From the NCBI GenBank assembly GCA_963676795.2, contig CAXXTB010000002.1:1472001-1536000 (forward strand): a stretch of 64,000 nucleotides of DNA, read 5' to 3'. This stretch comes from Geopsychrobacteraceae bacterium. GTDB lineage: Bacteria > Desulfobacterota > Desulfuromonadia > Desulfuromonadales > Geopsychrobacteraceae. The translations under genes were made by a program, and so were the position numbers. How positions within the stretch are numbered: position 1 is the first letter of the stretch; every line of letters starts with the position of its first letter. Under the pieces are notes generated by a model that ran no database searches, was not told where the DNA came from, and was given only the letters and a program-made list of their open reading frames with translations. This document shows, piece by piece, positions 18,004 to 27,629 of this stretch.

Positions 18004-19338
18004 ATGGACGCATTGAGGCGGTTGGTCGAGCGGGCCTATTGCAGGTGGTCCGGTAGCCCGAGATTGACATACTATAACAAGTTAAATAAAACACAATTTC
18101 TGCCATATGCCGAGTTGCTTGAGATTCAGGCGCAAAGGCTTGGAGAGTTGTTGAGATATGTTTACAACAATAATGTATTTTATCGTGATAGGTTTGATCA
18201 GGCAGGTATCTGTCCCTCCGACATAAGCACGGCCGAAGATCTGGTAAAATTGCCTATATTGACAAAGGAAGATGTCCGTCAGAATACTGCTCAAATGATC
18301 AGTCATGGTTTTGATATGAAGTTGTTGCAGGCGGCAAAAACTGGAGGCTCAACAGGGAAGTCGCTGAATCTGTATTTTACTGAAGAGTGTAGCGAGTTGC
18401 GTAATGCCTGTGCCAGACGCCATGATTGCTGGTCAGGGTGGCAGCCCGGCGAGCCGATAGCCGCATGCTGGGGCAATCCAAAGTTTCCCAAGACTCTGAA
18501 GGAGAAGCTGAAATTCGCATTGCTGCAGCCTTATATCTTTCTGGATACCATGCATGTGGATAAGGCCTCGGTTGAAGATTTTCTGAGCCAGTGGCGTAAG
18601 GTGAAGCCGACGTTGCTCTATGGGCATGCCCACTCTCTCTATCTGCTGGCACAGTCAATCAGACAATATGGGTTACAGGCACCAAGGCTCACGGGGATAT
18701 TGTCAACCTCTATGATGTTGATTCCTTCAGAGCGCAAGATTATTGAGGATGTCTTTGGTGTCAAGGTGACCGACCGTTATGGGTGCGAAGAGGTGAGCCT
18801 CATAGCCAGTGAGTGCGAACAGCACCAGGGGATGCACCTGAATATAGAACATCTTGTAATTGAATTTCTGCGTGAAGACGGAACTCCTGCGAGTCCGGGG
18901 GGGCCTGGAAAGATTGTGGTAACAGATTTGATGAATATGGCTATGCCATTTATCCGTTATCAGGTTGAAGATGTTGGCGTTCCAAGTGATCGGGTCTGTT
19001 CGTGCGGTCGAGGGCTGCCGCTGATGGAGCATGTCACCGGGCGCGTAGCCGATTTTCTTGTGAAGCCGGATGGGTCTAAAGTTGCTGGTGTTTCCTTGAT
19101 TGAGAATACTCTGACACATTTTGCAGGCATTGTTCAGATGCAGATTGTACAGAATGCCCTTGACCGGGTCGATTTGAACATAGTTCGTAGTGAAGATTAT
19201 ACAGAAAAAACGGCAGATTCTTTAAAGAAATATTTTGAAAATATATTTTCCAGCAATGCGTTGATTGAATTGAATTATGTTGAACGCATACCATCTGAAA
19301 AGTCGGGTAAATACCGCTTTTCTATCTGTAGGGTGTGA
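18004..19338 (+). CDS. Phenylacetate-CoA ligase family / CapK-like adenylate-forming enzyme
   Basis: TGGSTG, DRYGCEE, MPFIRY, SGKYRF. Confidence 0.88.
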   Translation: MDALRRLVERAYCRWSGSPRLTYYNKLNKTQFLPYAELLEIQAQRLGELLRYVYNNNVFYRDRFDQAGICPSDISTAEDLVKLPILTKEDVRQNTAQMISHGFDMKLLQAAKTGGSTGKSLNLYFTEECSELRNACARRHDCWSGWQPGEPIAACWGNPKFPKTLKEKLKFALLQPYIFLDTMHVDKASVEDFLSQWRKVKPTLLYGHAHSLYLLAQSIRQYGLQAPRLTGILSTSMMLIPSERKIIEDVFGVKVTDRYGCEEVSLIASECEQHQGMHLNIEHLVIEFLREDGTPASPGGPGKIVVTDLMNMAMPFIRYQVEDVGVPSDRVCSCGRGLPLMEHVTGRVADFLVKPDGSKVAGVSLIENTLTHFAGIVQMQIVQNALDRVDLNIVRSEDYTEKTADSLKKYFENIFSSNALIELNYVERIPSEKSGKYRFSICRV

Positions 19339-19345
19339 TCTCATT

Positions 19346-20701
19346 GTGAAGATATTTGATTTTTTATACGAAAAAGAAGAAGGGTATGACGCCGTTCCAT
19401 TGGCGGCAACTTTGATGTTTTGTTGCTATGTATTGACTTGGTTTTTGCAAGTTGGTAACAGAATTGATTTTCTCGGCAGTATAAGAATAGAATTTTTGTG
19501 TGCAATTTTGTTGATATTAATATCTTTGATAAGTGGTCTTAAACTCAGGTTGGCAAATAATCCAATATTTTATGTTGTTATTGTTTTGATTGTCTTGATG
19601 ATTATTCAGATACCTCTTTCATATGTTCCGTCTCATTCATGGGATATTTTCTATAATAGAGTAATTAAGTTCTCTTTTATGGCATTTTTTATTGTCATAT
19701 TTGTAAAAAGCCCGCGTGGGTTAATATTCTTTCTTGCTGCTTTTATGTTGGCATGCGCGAAGATGGGGCAGGAAGGATTGGTGGGCCAGATTACTGGCAG
19801 TATGGTTTGGGAAAATCAAGGAATTATGAGGCTTCATGGGAGTACTTCGTTGTATATGCACCCAAACTCTTTTAGTGGTATGGCTATAGGGACATTGCCT
19901 TTCATTATCTATCTTTATGATAAGGTTCCCTTGTCTATTAAAATATTCTTTATATTCATGGTTATTAGCTCAATAAATATAATTTTACACACAGGATCTC
20001 GTACCGGTTATGTTGCTTTTATTGGTTTGTTACTACTTGTTTTTTTTAGATCAAAAAATAAATTTAAACTGTTTTTCGTCGGCTTAACTCTAGTTTTGAT
20101 AACTGTTAATTTTACTGATGCACAGTATAAGGGGAGATTTGAGTCGATCTTTACGGGAAAAGAGGCTGCTGGTAATTCATCTGGAACAAGGCTTCAGATT
20201 ATGCAAGACGCTTGGGATGTTTTTGTTGAAAACCCTTTTGGTGTTGGTGTGGGTGCTTTCCCGGCAGTCAGAATTGACAGATTTGGTAGGTTTCAAGATA
20301 TTCACTGTTTATATTTGGAAGTTGCTACAAACCTTGGAATTCAGGGATTTATTGTCTTTATAGTATTTGTTTACAAGATTCTTAAAACTCTTATTTTGTT
20401 GAGTAGAAAGATTGACAATGATCTTTATAGGCTTGATGCAGTTAATTTTGCCGTGACTATTGATGACCATAAAATCATGATGAAATATAACAGACATATT
20501 AAAGATTTGGAATTGTTAAAAGCTACTTCAAATGCTGTTTTTGTTTATATATCAGTTCGCCTTATATTGGGTTTGTTTGGACAGGATTTGTATGAAATTT
20601 ATTGGTGGGTAGGTGCTGGTCTCGCAATTGCTATTTTTAATATATATGGAGATTCATCTAGAAAGACCGATGAAATTTGTAGACTGAGTGGAGTTTGCTG
20701 A
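19346..20701 (+). CDS. O-antigen ligase / Wzy-like polymerase; start uncertain (GTG 19346)
   Basis: Multi-TM; HPNSF, TGSRTG, S..TR, NPFGVG.G, HCLY. Confidence 0.85.
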   Translation: MKIFDFLYEKEEGYDAVPLAATLMFCCYVLTWFLQVGNRIDFLGSIRIEFLCAILLILISLISGLKLRLANNPIFYVVIVLIVLMIIQIPLSYVPSHSWDIFYNRVIKFSFMAFFIVIFVKSPRGLIFFLAAFMLACAKMGQEGLVGQITGSMVWENQGIMRLHGSTSLYMHPNSFSGMAIGTLPFIIYLYDKVPLSIKIFFIFMVISSINIILHTGSRTGYVAFIGLLLLVFFRSKNKFKLFFVGLTLVLITVNFTDAQYKGRFESIFTGKEAAGNSSGTRLQIMQDAWDVFVENPFGVGVGAFPAVRIDRFGRFQDIHCLYLEVATNLGIQGFIVFIVFVYKILKTLILLSRKIDNDLYRLDAVNFAVTIDDHKIMMKYNRHIKDLELLKATSNAVFVYISVRLILGLFGQDLYEIYWWVGAGLAIAIFNIYGDSSRKTDEICRLSGVC

Positions 20702-21627
20702 TGGAGAAAGTTTCTATAATTGTATTGACATACAATAGGAAGGATAGAATCCAAAGGCAGGTCAAGGAATTGCTATCTTTGTCATATGGAAGATTAGAAA
20801 TTGTTGTTGTTGATAATTGTTCTGATTTTCTTGTTTCTGAGATTTTGCCTGAAGATAAGAGGTTGTTCTGTGTTAGAAACGAAGAAAATTTGGGTGCGGT
20901 AGGTCGCAATGAGGGAATTAAGGCGGCAAGCGGAAAAATATTAGTAACGCTTGACGATGATGTTTATGGTCTTACAGATGCTGATATAGGCCATATTTTA
21001 GACTGTTTTTCTGATAAGGCAATTGGTGCAGTCAACTTTAAAGTTTTGGAAGAGGGGACTGGACGGTTGATAAACTGGTGCCATCCTCGAGACAGTGACA
21101 TATATTCTGAATGTCAATTTGTTACTTACGAAATAAGTGAGGGGGCTGTCGCTTTTAGATCGCGTGCTTTATCAGATGTTGGTCTTTACCCCTATGAGTT
21201 TTTTATTAGTCACGAAGGGTTGGACCTCTCGCTGAGGCTTATTAATGCCGGTTGGAAAGTTATTTATTCCCCCAAAATTGAAGTGATTCATGGATATGAG
21301 CTTCTTTCTCGGTCTAATTGGAGGCGTTATTATTATGATACGAGGAACCTGCTTTGGGTTGCTGTGCGGAATATGCCTTTTGTGTATGGCGTAAAAAAAG
21401 TATCGGTCGGCTTGACTGCTATGCTTATCTACTCGATACGAGATGGTTTTTTTAAATATTGGTTGAGAGGGGTTGTCGACGCAATTAAGGGGGTCCGGTT
21501 TCATTATCGAAATAGGATAGTAGTCGCGTCAGCTTTGGTTGTCACGTTGAGGGAGATTGATGCTTATCGTATGCGGACGATAAAAAAAATTAAGAAAAGA
21601 CTTTTTTCGACAGAGGTGAAAATTTAG
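20701..21627 (+). CDS. Glycosyltransferase family 2
   Basis: IIVLTYNR, VVDNCSD, GRNEG, TLDDD. Confidence 0.9.
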   Translation: MEKVSIIVLTYNRKDRIQRQVKELLSLSYGRLEIVVVDNCSDFLVSEILPEDKRLFCVRNEENLGAVGRNEGIKAASGKILVTLDDDVYGLTDADIGHILDCFSDKAIGAVNFKVLEEGTGRLINWCHPRDSDIYSECQFVTYEISEGAVAFRSRALSDVGLYPYEFFISHEGLDLSLRLINAGWKVIYSPKIEVIHGYELLSRSNWRRYYYDTRNLLWVAVRNMPFVYGVKKVSVGLTAMLIYSIRDGFFKYWLRGVVDAIKGVRFHYRNRIVVASALVVTLREIDAYRMRTIKKIKKRLFSTEVKI

Positions 21628-21690
21628 ATAAAATCTTGTATTCTCTATGTAGGGCAAATTGATAACGGCATAATGAAATGAGGTGGTCAA

Positions 21691-23139
21691 ATGAAAAGAT
21701 TTTTCTTATTTTGGTTTGTGTTTCTTCTTTCAACTGTTTCTTATGCGGAAATTACCGATGTTCGAGGTGTCTGGGATTCTGGCGGAACTGTAATTATTGA
21801 TGGATTTGGTTTCGGTCAGAAAGCTCAGCCTGCTCCTGTTGTTTGGGATGATTTGGAGGATGGGCTGTCAAATACTTCTGCGTCTATTGGGGGGTGGGCT
21901 AGTGTAAATTCGCTAGGGATTTCAACGGCTCAACAAAGACATCCATCATCGAACTATTCGGCACATCATAACTTCGTTTCTGAGGCTACTGCTGGTTTTA
22001 GGGGTAATTCGTCACCAGTATCTCAGAAATGGTTTGTTCAATATTGGTTTTATCTTGACCCAAATTTTGATTGGGGAACTTCTGCTTATGGTGCTGGTGA
22101 TCAGTTTCTCGCAAACGTCAAGATTTTTCGTTTGTGGAGCCCTGGAAGTACTTCCGAGAATTTTGTAATGGCTACACGTTATCCTTTGGGCTCTGAAGTT
22201 TTTGCTGTCCCTGAAAATGTTGCCGGTCAGACTTCTGTGTCAACTAATGGTTTGACAAAAAATTCCATGACCAAGGGTGTTTGGCATCAGCTCCAGTTTG
22301 AATTTCAGGACTCAAGCTCTGCTGGTAGTTCAGACGGAGAATTTCGTGTCTGGTTGGATGGTCGTCAGGTTATGGATATGTCTGGCTTTGTTGGTAGAAC
22401 AGACGGATCTTATAAGCGTCCATATATTATTGGTTTTTATAATTCATGGTCTGCTGGTAGTGATTCGGCGGGGTCTCAGGCGCCAAACGATTTTTATATG
22501 GATGATGTCTATGTGGATACATCATGGAATCGAGTTGAGGTATGTGAGGGATCAACATGGGCGGATAAGGGGCAATGTGAGATTCAGATTCCAACTTTTT
22601 GGTCTGACTCCTCCATTTCTGTAACAGTTAATACTGGCGCATTTGCCACTGGAGAGACGGCTTATTTGTATGTAGTAGATGATGGTGGAATTGTCCATGG
22701 TGCTGCTTCGCCCGTTGTTATGGGTGAGTCTCAGGCTGATTCAGTGGACTCTGCTGCTTCATATGATTACGGTGAAATCTCTTTACAGCAATCGAGTTAT
22801 ACTGTTGAGCGATCTGCAGGATATGTCTACTTAACAGTTAGTCGCCTTAATGGGAGTGATGGTGCTGTTTCTGTGCAGTGGTCGAGCAATGGCCTGACTG
22901 CGCTGCATGATGTTGATTATTACGGTGCAGATAACCAGTCGATATATTTCGCCCAAGGGGAAACTTCTAAACAGATAGCTATTGAGTTAATTCAGAATAA
23001 TGCATCAGATGATCGTGTTTTTAATGTTAGTCTTTCTAATGTAGGTGGTGGCGCGATTTTGGGTGATAATGTGTCCGCAACGGTAACTATCTTGGGTACT
23101 GGAAGTATGGCCCCGCCGCCGAATTTGCGACTGAATTGA
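21691..23139 (+). CDS. Secreted beta-sandwich (lectin/lyase-like) protein with C-terminal Calx-beta domain
   Basis: Sec signal; KGVWHQLQF..DGEFRVWLDG..YMDDVYV; Calx-beta signature LTVSRLNGSDGAVSV..DY..FAQGETSKQI..F.VSL. Confidence 0.7.
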   Translation: MKRFFLFWFVFLLSTVSYAEITDVRGVWDSGGTVIIDGFGFGQKAQPAPVVWDDLEDGLSNTSASIGGWASVNSLGISTAQQRHPSSNYSAHHNFVSEATAGFRGNSSPVSQKWFVQYWFYLDPNFDWGTSAYGAGDQFLANVKIFRLWSPGSTSENFVMATRYPLGSEVFAVPENVAGQTSVSTNGLTKNSMTKGVWHQLQFEFQDSSSAGSSDGEFRVWLDGRQVMDMSGFVGRTDGSYKRPYIIGFYNSWSAGSDSAGSQAPNDFYMDDVYVDTSWNRVEVCEGSTWADKGQCEIQIPTFWSDSSISVTVNTGAFATGETAYLYVVDDGGIVHGAASPVVMGESQADSVDSAASYDYGEISLQQSSYTVERSAGYVYLTVSRLNGSDGAVSVQWSSNGLTALHDVDYYGADNQSIYFAQGETSKQIAIELIQNNASDDRVFNVSLSNVGGGAILGDNVSATVTILGTGSMAPPPNLRLN

Positions 23140-23768
23140 GATTTTTGCAGGAAATTTGCGTTGATATATACATTTTGACATGGCGGCTCGGTTCAGGTTG
23201 TATTGGAATGGTATAGCAATATAACGAAGGGCGTTCTACATGTCTTAACGGCTACTTGCAGCCTTTTGTATCGGAATACCACTCTTGTCTTTATCTCCGT
23301 GTCTAAAACATATAAGTCGTTCTTTCTGGCGTTGCGTCAGATGGAATTGCTTAATTTAATGAGGCGTTTTAGCTGATCATTGTTTTGTATTTTGCGAAAC
23401 CCTAATCGTTGATATCGGCAAGGAAGTGTCAGTCCTTTGGCTATAAGCGTTACCGCTTGCACACATATATTATTGATTCTTGCCGTAGCAGGATGCTGCA
23501 ATGTTTTTTTGCTGCGGCAGTGCTTTTAGGAGAGATGTGGCTGCTGTGAAATTAATAAAGACTAGTTCTAGATGCAGATTATCGCCAAGCATGTCTCGTA
23601 AATGTCTGCACTATCTGGCGCCTTTGTGTGTGAGGGTGGGGGGATGTTGTAGTTGCTGATATAGTTTATTGAGTAAATGAAATGTCCTGCGCGATATTTT
23701 GTGAGCATGTATGTTTATTGTTTCCCTAGGTGAGTGCTGTACCAAAAGAAGGGGTAGAAGTAATATAG

Positions 23769-24875
23769 ATGGATATTGAGCTGAGCGCAAGAGATCGTGA
23801 GTTTATGGACATGCTGCGTGGAATTTCAATATTTCGCGTCGTTCTCGCACATTTGGGGCTGACCTGGTTTTATCCTCCTTATTCAACATACATAGGTGTC
23901 TTCCTGCCAGTTTTGTTTTTTGTCAGTGGGGCCGTTTCTTATCTCAGCTATTGTCGATATGGAAGTATAGTAACTTATTATGTCAAGAGAATTTCTTCAG
24001 TGGCTGTTCCTTACTATTTAATAGTTCTGGTAGTTTTCTTTTATATTTTTGTATTGAATGAGTTTAATTATCAAGTTGGGGTCTTTAATTTGATATTTAA
24101 TTGGTTAACCTTTAACCCAATGGCGGTACAATCTACGATGCCTTTTCCTTTGGGACAGGTTTGGTTTATTCATTCATTGATAATAATGGCAATATTTTCT
24201 CCAGCTATTTTTTTTATGATAAATAATAAGAAAAGTGCATTGTTCTTTTTTGTTATTCTAATTTTTGTTATTTCTGTAGTTCAGTGCTTTTACAACTTTA
24301 GTAGCTTATTGTATATTGCTGGTCATAACTTTTATCAGCCTTTAAGTAATTCTTTGTTCTTTATATTTGGGTCATTTTATATAAAGTATAGAGAGTATCT
24401 AACGAGGAAAAGTTTGCTCGTTTCAACTTTATTCTTTATTTTGATCTCTTATTTATTCTTTAGGATTACTGGTATATCTGTTGATATCAGAGATCATTCC
24501 TATTCCCCAGACTTTTATTACATTTCTTGCTCTTTTGCCGCTATATTGTTCATGCTTTACATGAAAGAATTTTTGCTATGCGTTTTTAAATATTTGACTC
24601 TCTTGAAGAAGTTTTTTTTGTTTATGAGTAAAAATTCATATTCTGTTTATATTCTACACTCATTTGTTGTTTTCTTTCTTGAAAAGTATTTTGGACTTGT
24701 TGACGTGTCAGATAGTATTGCGAAAATTATTGTTAAAATATTATTAACACTTGTGATTACATCCTTTTTGTCACTTCCGTTTACCATGATGGCAAATAGC
24801 ATTACTTCTTTGATTAGAAGTAAAATGTTTTATCTTTCAAATATTTCAAGAAATATTTATAAGTCAGGTTGTTAG
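23769..24875 (+). CDS. Acyltransferase family 3 (membrane O-acyltransferase)
   Basis: MDMLRG..VVLAH, PVLFFVSG, KRI, WFI, SYSVYILH; very AT-rich. Confidence 0.88.
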   Translation: MDIELSARDREFMDMLRGISIFRVVLAHLGLTWFYPPYSTYIGVFLPVLFFVSGAVSYLSYCRYGSIVTYYVKRISSVAVPYYLIVLVVFFYIFVLNEFNYQVGVFNLIFNWLTFNPMAVQSTMPFPLGQVWFIHSLIIMAIFSPAIFFMINNKKSALFFFVILIFVISVVQCFYNFSSLLYIAGHNFYQPLSNSLFFIFGSFYIKYREYLTRKSLLVSTLFFILISYLFFRITGISVDIRDHSYSPDFYYISCSFAAILFMLYMKEFLLCVFKYLTLLKKFFLFMSKNSYSVYILHSFVVFFLEKYFGLVDVSDSIAKIIVKILLTLVITSFLSLPFTMMANSITSLIRSKMFYLSNISRNIYKSGC

Positions 24876-24992
24876 TATGTAAGTCAGTTAGTGCATCATT
24901 GTTTCTGTAAATTTCATTCGGCCTGACAAAGAGACGGGCCACGGTTATCCTCTTTGGTGAATCGCCAAACCCAACCAGAGAGGAAAGAAACC

Positions 24993-25530
24993 ATGACCCG
25001 TCCGGCAGATTATAACGCGATTGAGGATGTTGTAAAACTATTAGCTGATGATGGCTTCGATGCTCTCGGAGAGGCGATCCGCAGAGTTATCAATGAGGCT
25101 ATGCGCCTTGAACGCCAGCACCATCTTGGTGTTGGTCCCTACGAGCGCAGCAATGCCCGTCGCGGCCATGCTAACGGGTATAAGCCAAAGACCGTTCAGA
25201 CTCGAGTTGGCTCTCTTGACGTTGATGTTCCCCAAGTTCGGGATAGCAGCTTTTATCCCTCTAGCCTGGAGAAGGGATTACGTTCGGAGCGGGCCCTGAA
25301 GGTGGCCTTGGCTGAGATGTATGTTCAGGGCGTTTCGACTCGCAAGGTTGCTAAAATTACAGAGCAGCTGTGTGGCTGCGAGGTCACATCGAGCCAGGTG
25401 AGCCGTGCAGCAAAGGAGCTCGACGATATTCTTGACCAATGGCGTAAACGTCCCCTTGGCGCGTTTCCCTACGTCTATCTCGACGCTCGCTATGAAAAGG
25501 TACGGCATAACGGCTCAGTGATCGATGCTT
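24993..25530 (+). pseudogene. IS256-family (Mutator) transposase, 3'-truncated
   Basis: ANGYKPKTVQTRVG, VPQVRDSSFYPS, EMYVQGVSTRKV, YVYLDARYEKVR; similarity appears to stop at ..GSVIDA (~25529), about 180 aa of a ~400 aa protein. Confidence 0.88.
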
Positions 25531-25611
25531 ACTATAGGACACCCACAAAGCTGTTGGATGCAATACACACATGTCTTAACATTGCCAAAACATCAAGAAG
25601 GTATTTGCCCC

Positions 25612-26712
25612 ATGACTATGCCCCGATATTCTCAAATTTCTGTTGAAGATACACCTTGGTATCATGTTATTTGCCGTTGCGTTCGTCGTGCATTTCTTTG
25701 CGGTGAAGATTCTGTGACTGGGCAGAGCTTTGAGCATCGACGTGATTGGATCGAACAGCGTATTGGTCAATTGTCTTCAGTATTCGCCATTGATGTGGCT
25801 TCTTATGCTGTCATGAGTAATCATTATCATGTGGTTGTCCGTATTGATACTGGGCGGGTGGAGAATTGGACTGATGACGAAGTTTTGCAGCGCTGGACCC
25901 GGATATTCTCCGGCCCACTCTTTGTGCGGCGCTATATGAATGACAAGGAACGCGCTGAGTTGAGTGACTCGGAACTTGATCTGGTCAGTCGATGGGTCAA
26001 CGTCTATCGGCAGCGGTTGTGTGACCTCTCCTGGTATATGCGTGTTTTGAATGAAACCATTGCCCGTAAGGCGAATGCTGAGGATCAATGCACCGGCCGG
26101 TTTTGGGAAGGTCGTTTTAAGAGCCAGGCGTTACTCGATGACCAAGCGGTTCTGCTGGCGATGAGTTATGTTGATTTGAATCCCGTGCGGGCCGGGATTG
26201 CTGATACTCCTGAAGAAAGCACTCATACCTCGATTCATCAAAGAATCCACGAGATCAAGACATCTGATCGCGCCCAGATATCAAATCAACCTGTGTCGGA
26301 ATCTGCATCTGCGGAAACCTCGAATGTCGTTAGTATGCTGAATGTAAGGAGCGAGTCAGGTCTGTGTCAATTGCCGGTAGCTCCTTTGTTGCCATTTGAT
26401 GCCACTGAAACATTGACGGCATCTGTTCCGTTTCGGTTTGACGATTATCTGGAATTGATCGATGCTTTGGGGCGGGCCGTTCATCCGCAGAAGAGGGGAT
26501 ATATCCCGGATATGGCACCTGCAATCCTAATCCGGATGGGGCTTGACGCTGCGTGCTTCTTTGCTTATGCCGATTCTGTATTGAAGCCATTTGCTTTCGC
26601 CGTCGGCGCCCCTGATAAACTGAGTGATCTGGCAGGAATACGGGGTAGTTGCTATCTTCATGGGGTCGGACCGGCACGCCGTTTGTATCAATCTGAAGGG
26701 CGTGCTGCTTAA
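25612..26712 (+). mobile_element. Y1/HUH tyrosine transposase, REP-associated (RAYT)-like
   Basis: WYHVICRCVRRAFLCG, YAVMSNHYHVV (HUH), FWEGRFKSQ, YVDLNPVRAG; likely start MTMPR at 25612. Confidence 0.85.
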
Positions 26713-26856
26713 CTTATTTGCGATCAGTTGGGGTAGGTGATTGTCCGGTATTTCAGTGGATTAACACGCATCGGCTCGATGCCGAATCTTTATGTGATCT
26801 TGCCCGGGTGGTGTTTTGGTGATATTGTGATAACTCATCAGCTTTAAGGAGCGTTT

Positions 26857-27090
26857 ATGAGCCGCTTGACAATTACTTTAGACGATGAACTGCATCAGGC
26901 ATTGAAAGAGACGGCAGTGCGTCAGGGTCGGCCTATCGGTAAAATTATTGAGGAGGGGCTGATTTTGCGCGGAATAAAGCCTTTGTCCGGGGCTCGCAGA
27001 CTCGTTAATAGGGCGAGGAAGAATGCGGCCTTGACGGAGGAGGACAGTCTTGCTGTTAGTCTTGAGGAAACCCGACGGGTACGTTCGTGA
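26857..27090 (+). CDS. Ribbon-helix-helix (CopG-like) protein, putative antitoxin
   Basis: MSRLTITLDDELHQALK; overlaps the PIN gene by 4 bp. Confidence 0.78.
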   Translation: MSRLTITLDDELHQALKETAVRQGRPIGKIIEEGLILRGIKPLSGARRLVNRARKNAALTEEDSLAVSLEETRRVRS

Positions 27091-27524
27091 AAACACCGCG
27101 CGTGTTTATAGTTGACACAAACGTACTGATCGCCGGTTTACTTTCATCTCAGCCAGACAGTCCGACAGTTAGAATTGTCGACGCAATGCTGGATGGTCGA
27201 CTGATTTTTCTACTCACTCCTCAACTTCTGAATGAATACCGTTCTGTTCTTTTGCGCCCTAAATTAATTTCATTGCACGGTCTTTATGAAGAAGATATCG
27301 ACGCTATTCTGACAGAGATAACCGCGAATGCGATCTGGCATGAACTGGTTGATAATGAGAATGCGCATGCACCGGACCCGGGTGATGACCATCTCTGGGC
27401 ATTCCTTGAAATTGAGCAAAGTGCCATTCTGATTACTGGAGATCGACTCCTGTATGAAAATCCACCTCCACAGCGTTCCGTCATAACCCCCAAAAGTTAT
27501 GTGGACCTTTTTTTAGATAGATAG
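27087..27524 (+). CDS. PIN-domain protein, putative VapC-type toxin
   Basis: VDTNVLIAG, EY, DPGDD, LITGD acidic residues. Confidence 0.88.
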   Translation: MKTPRVFIVDTNVLIAGLLSSQPDSPTVRIVDAMLDGRLIFLLTPQLLNEYRSVLLRPKLISLHGLYEEDIDAILTEITANAIWHELVDNENAHAPDPGDDHLWAFLEIEQSAILITGDRLLYENPPPQRSVITPKSYVDLFLDR

Positions 27525-27629
27525 GCTCAGGTCACAGTATTCCGTGGAATTCCGCTATTTTGTATAGATGGATTAATTGCAATTTCGGATGAGTCTGTGA
27601 TTCACGCTTGAACAGGGGAGGGGGAGCGT

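Noticed and set aside
23140..23768. ncRNA or pseudogene in the 630-bp gap
   Set aside because: No recognisable motif, strong hairpin or protein similarity by eye; left unannotated.
24954..25646. Intact 230-aa transposase
   Set aside because: The last ~38 aa are read-through into unrelated DNA; most of the IS256 catalytic domain is missing.
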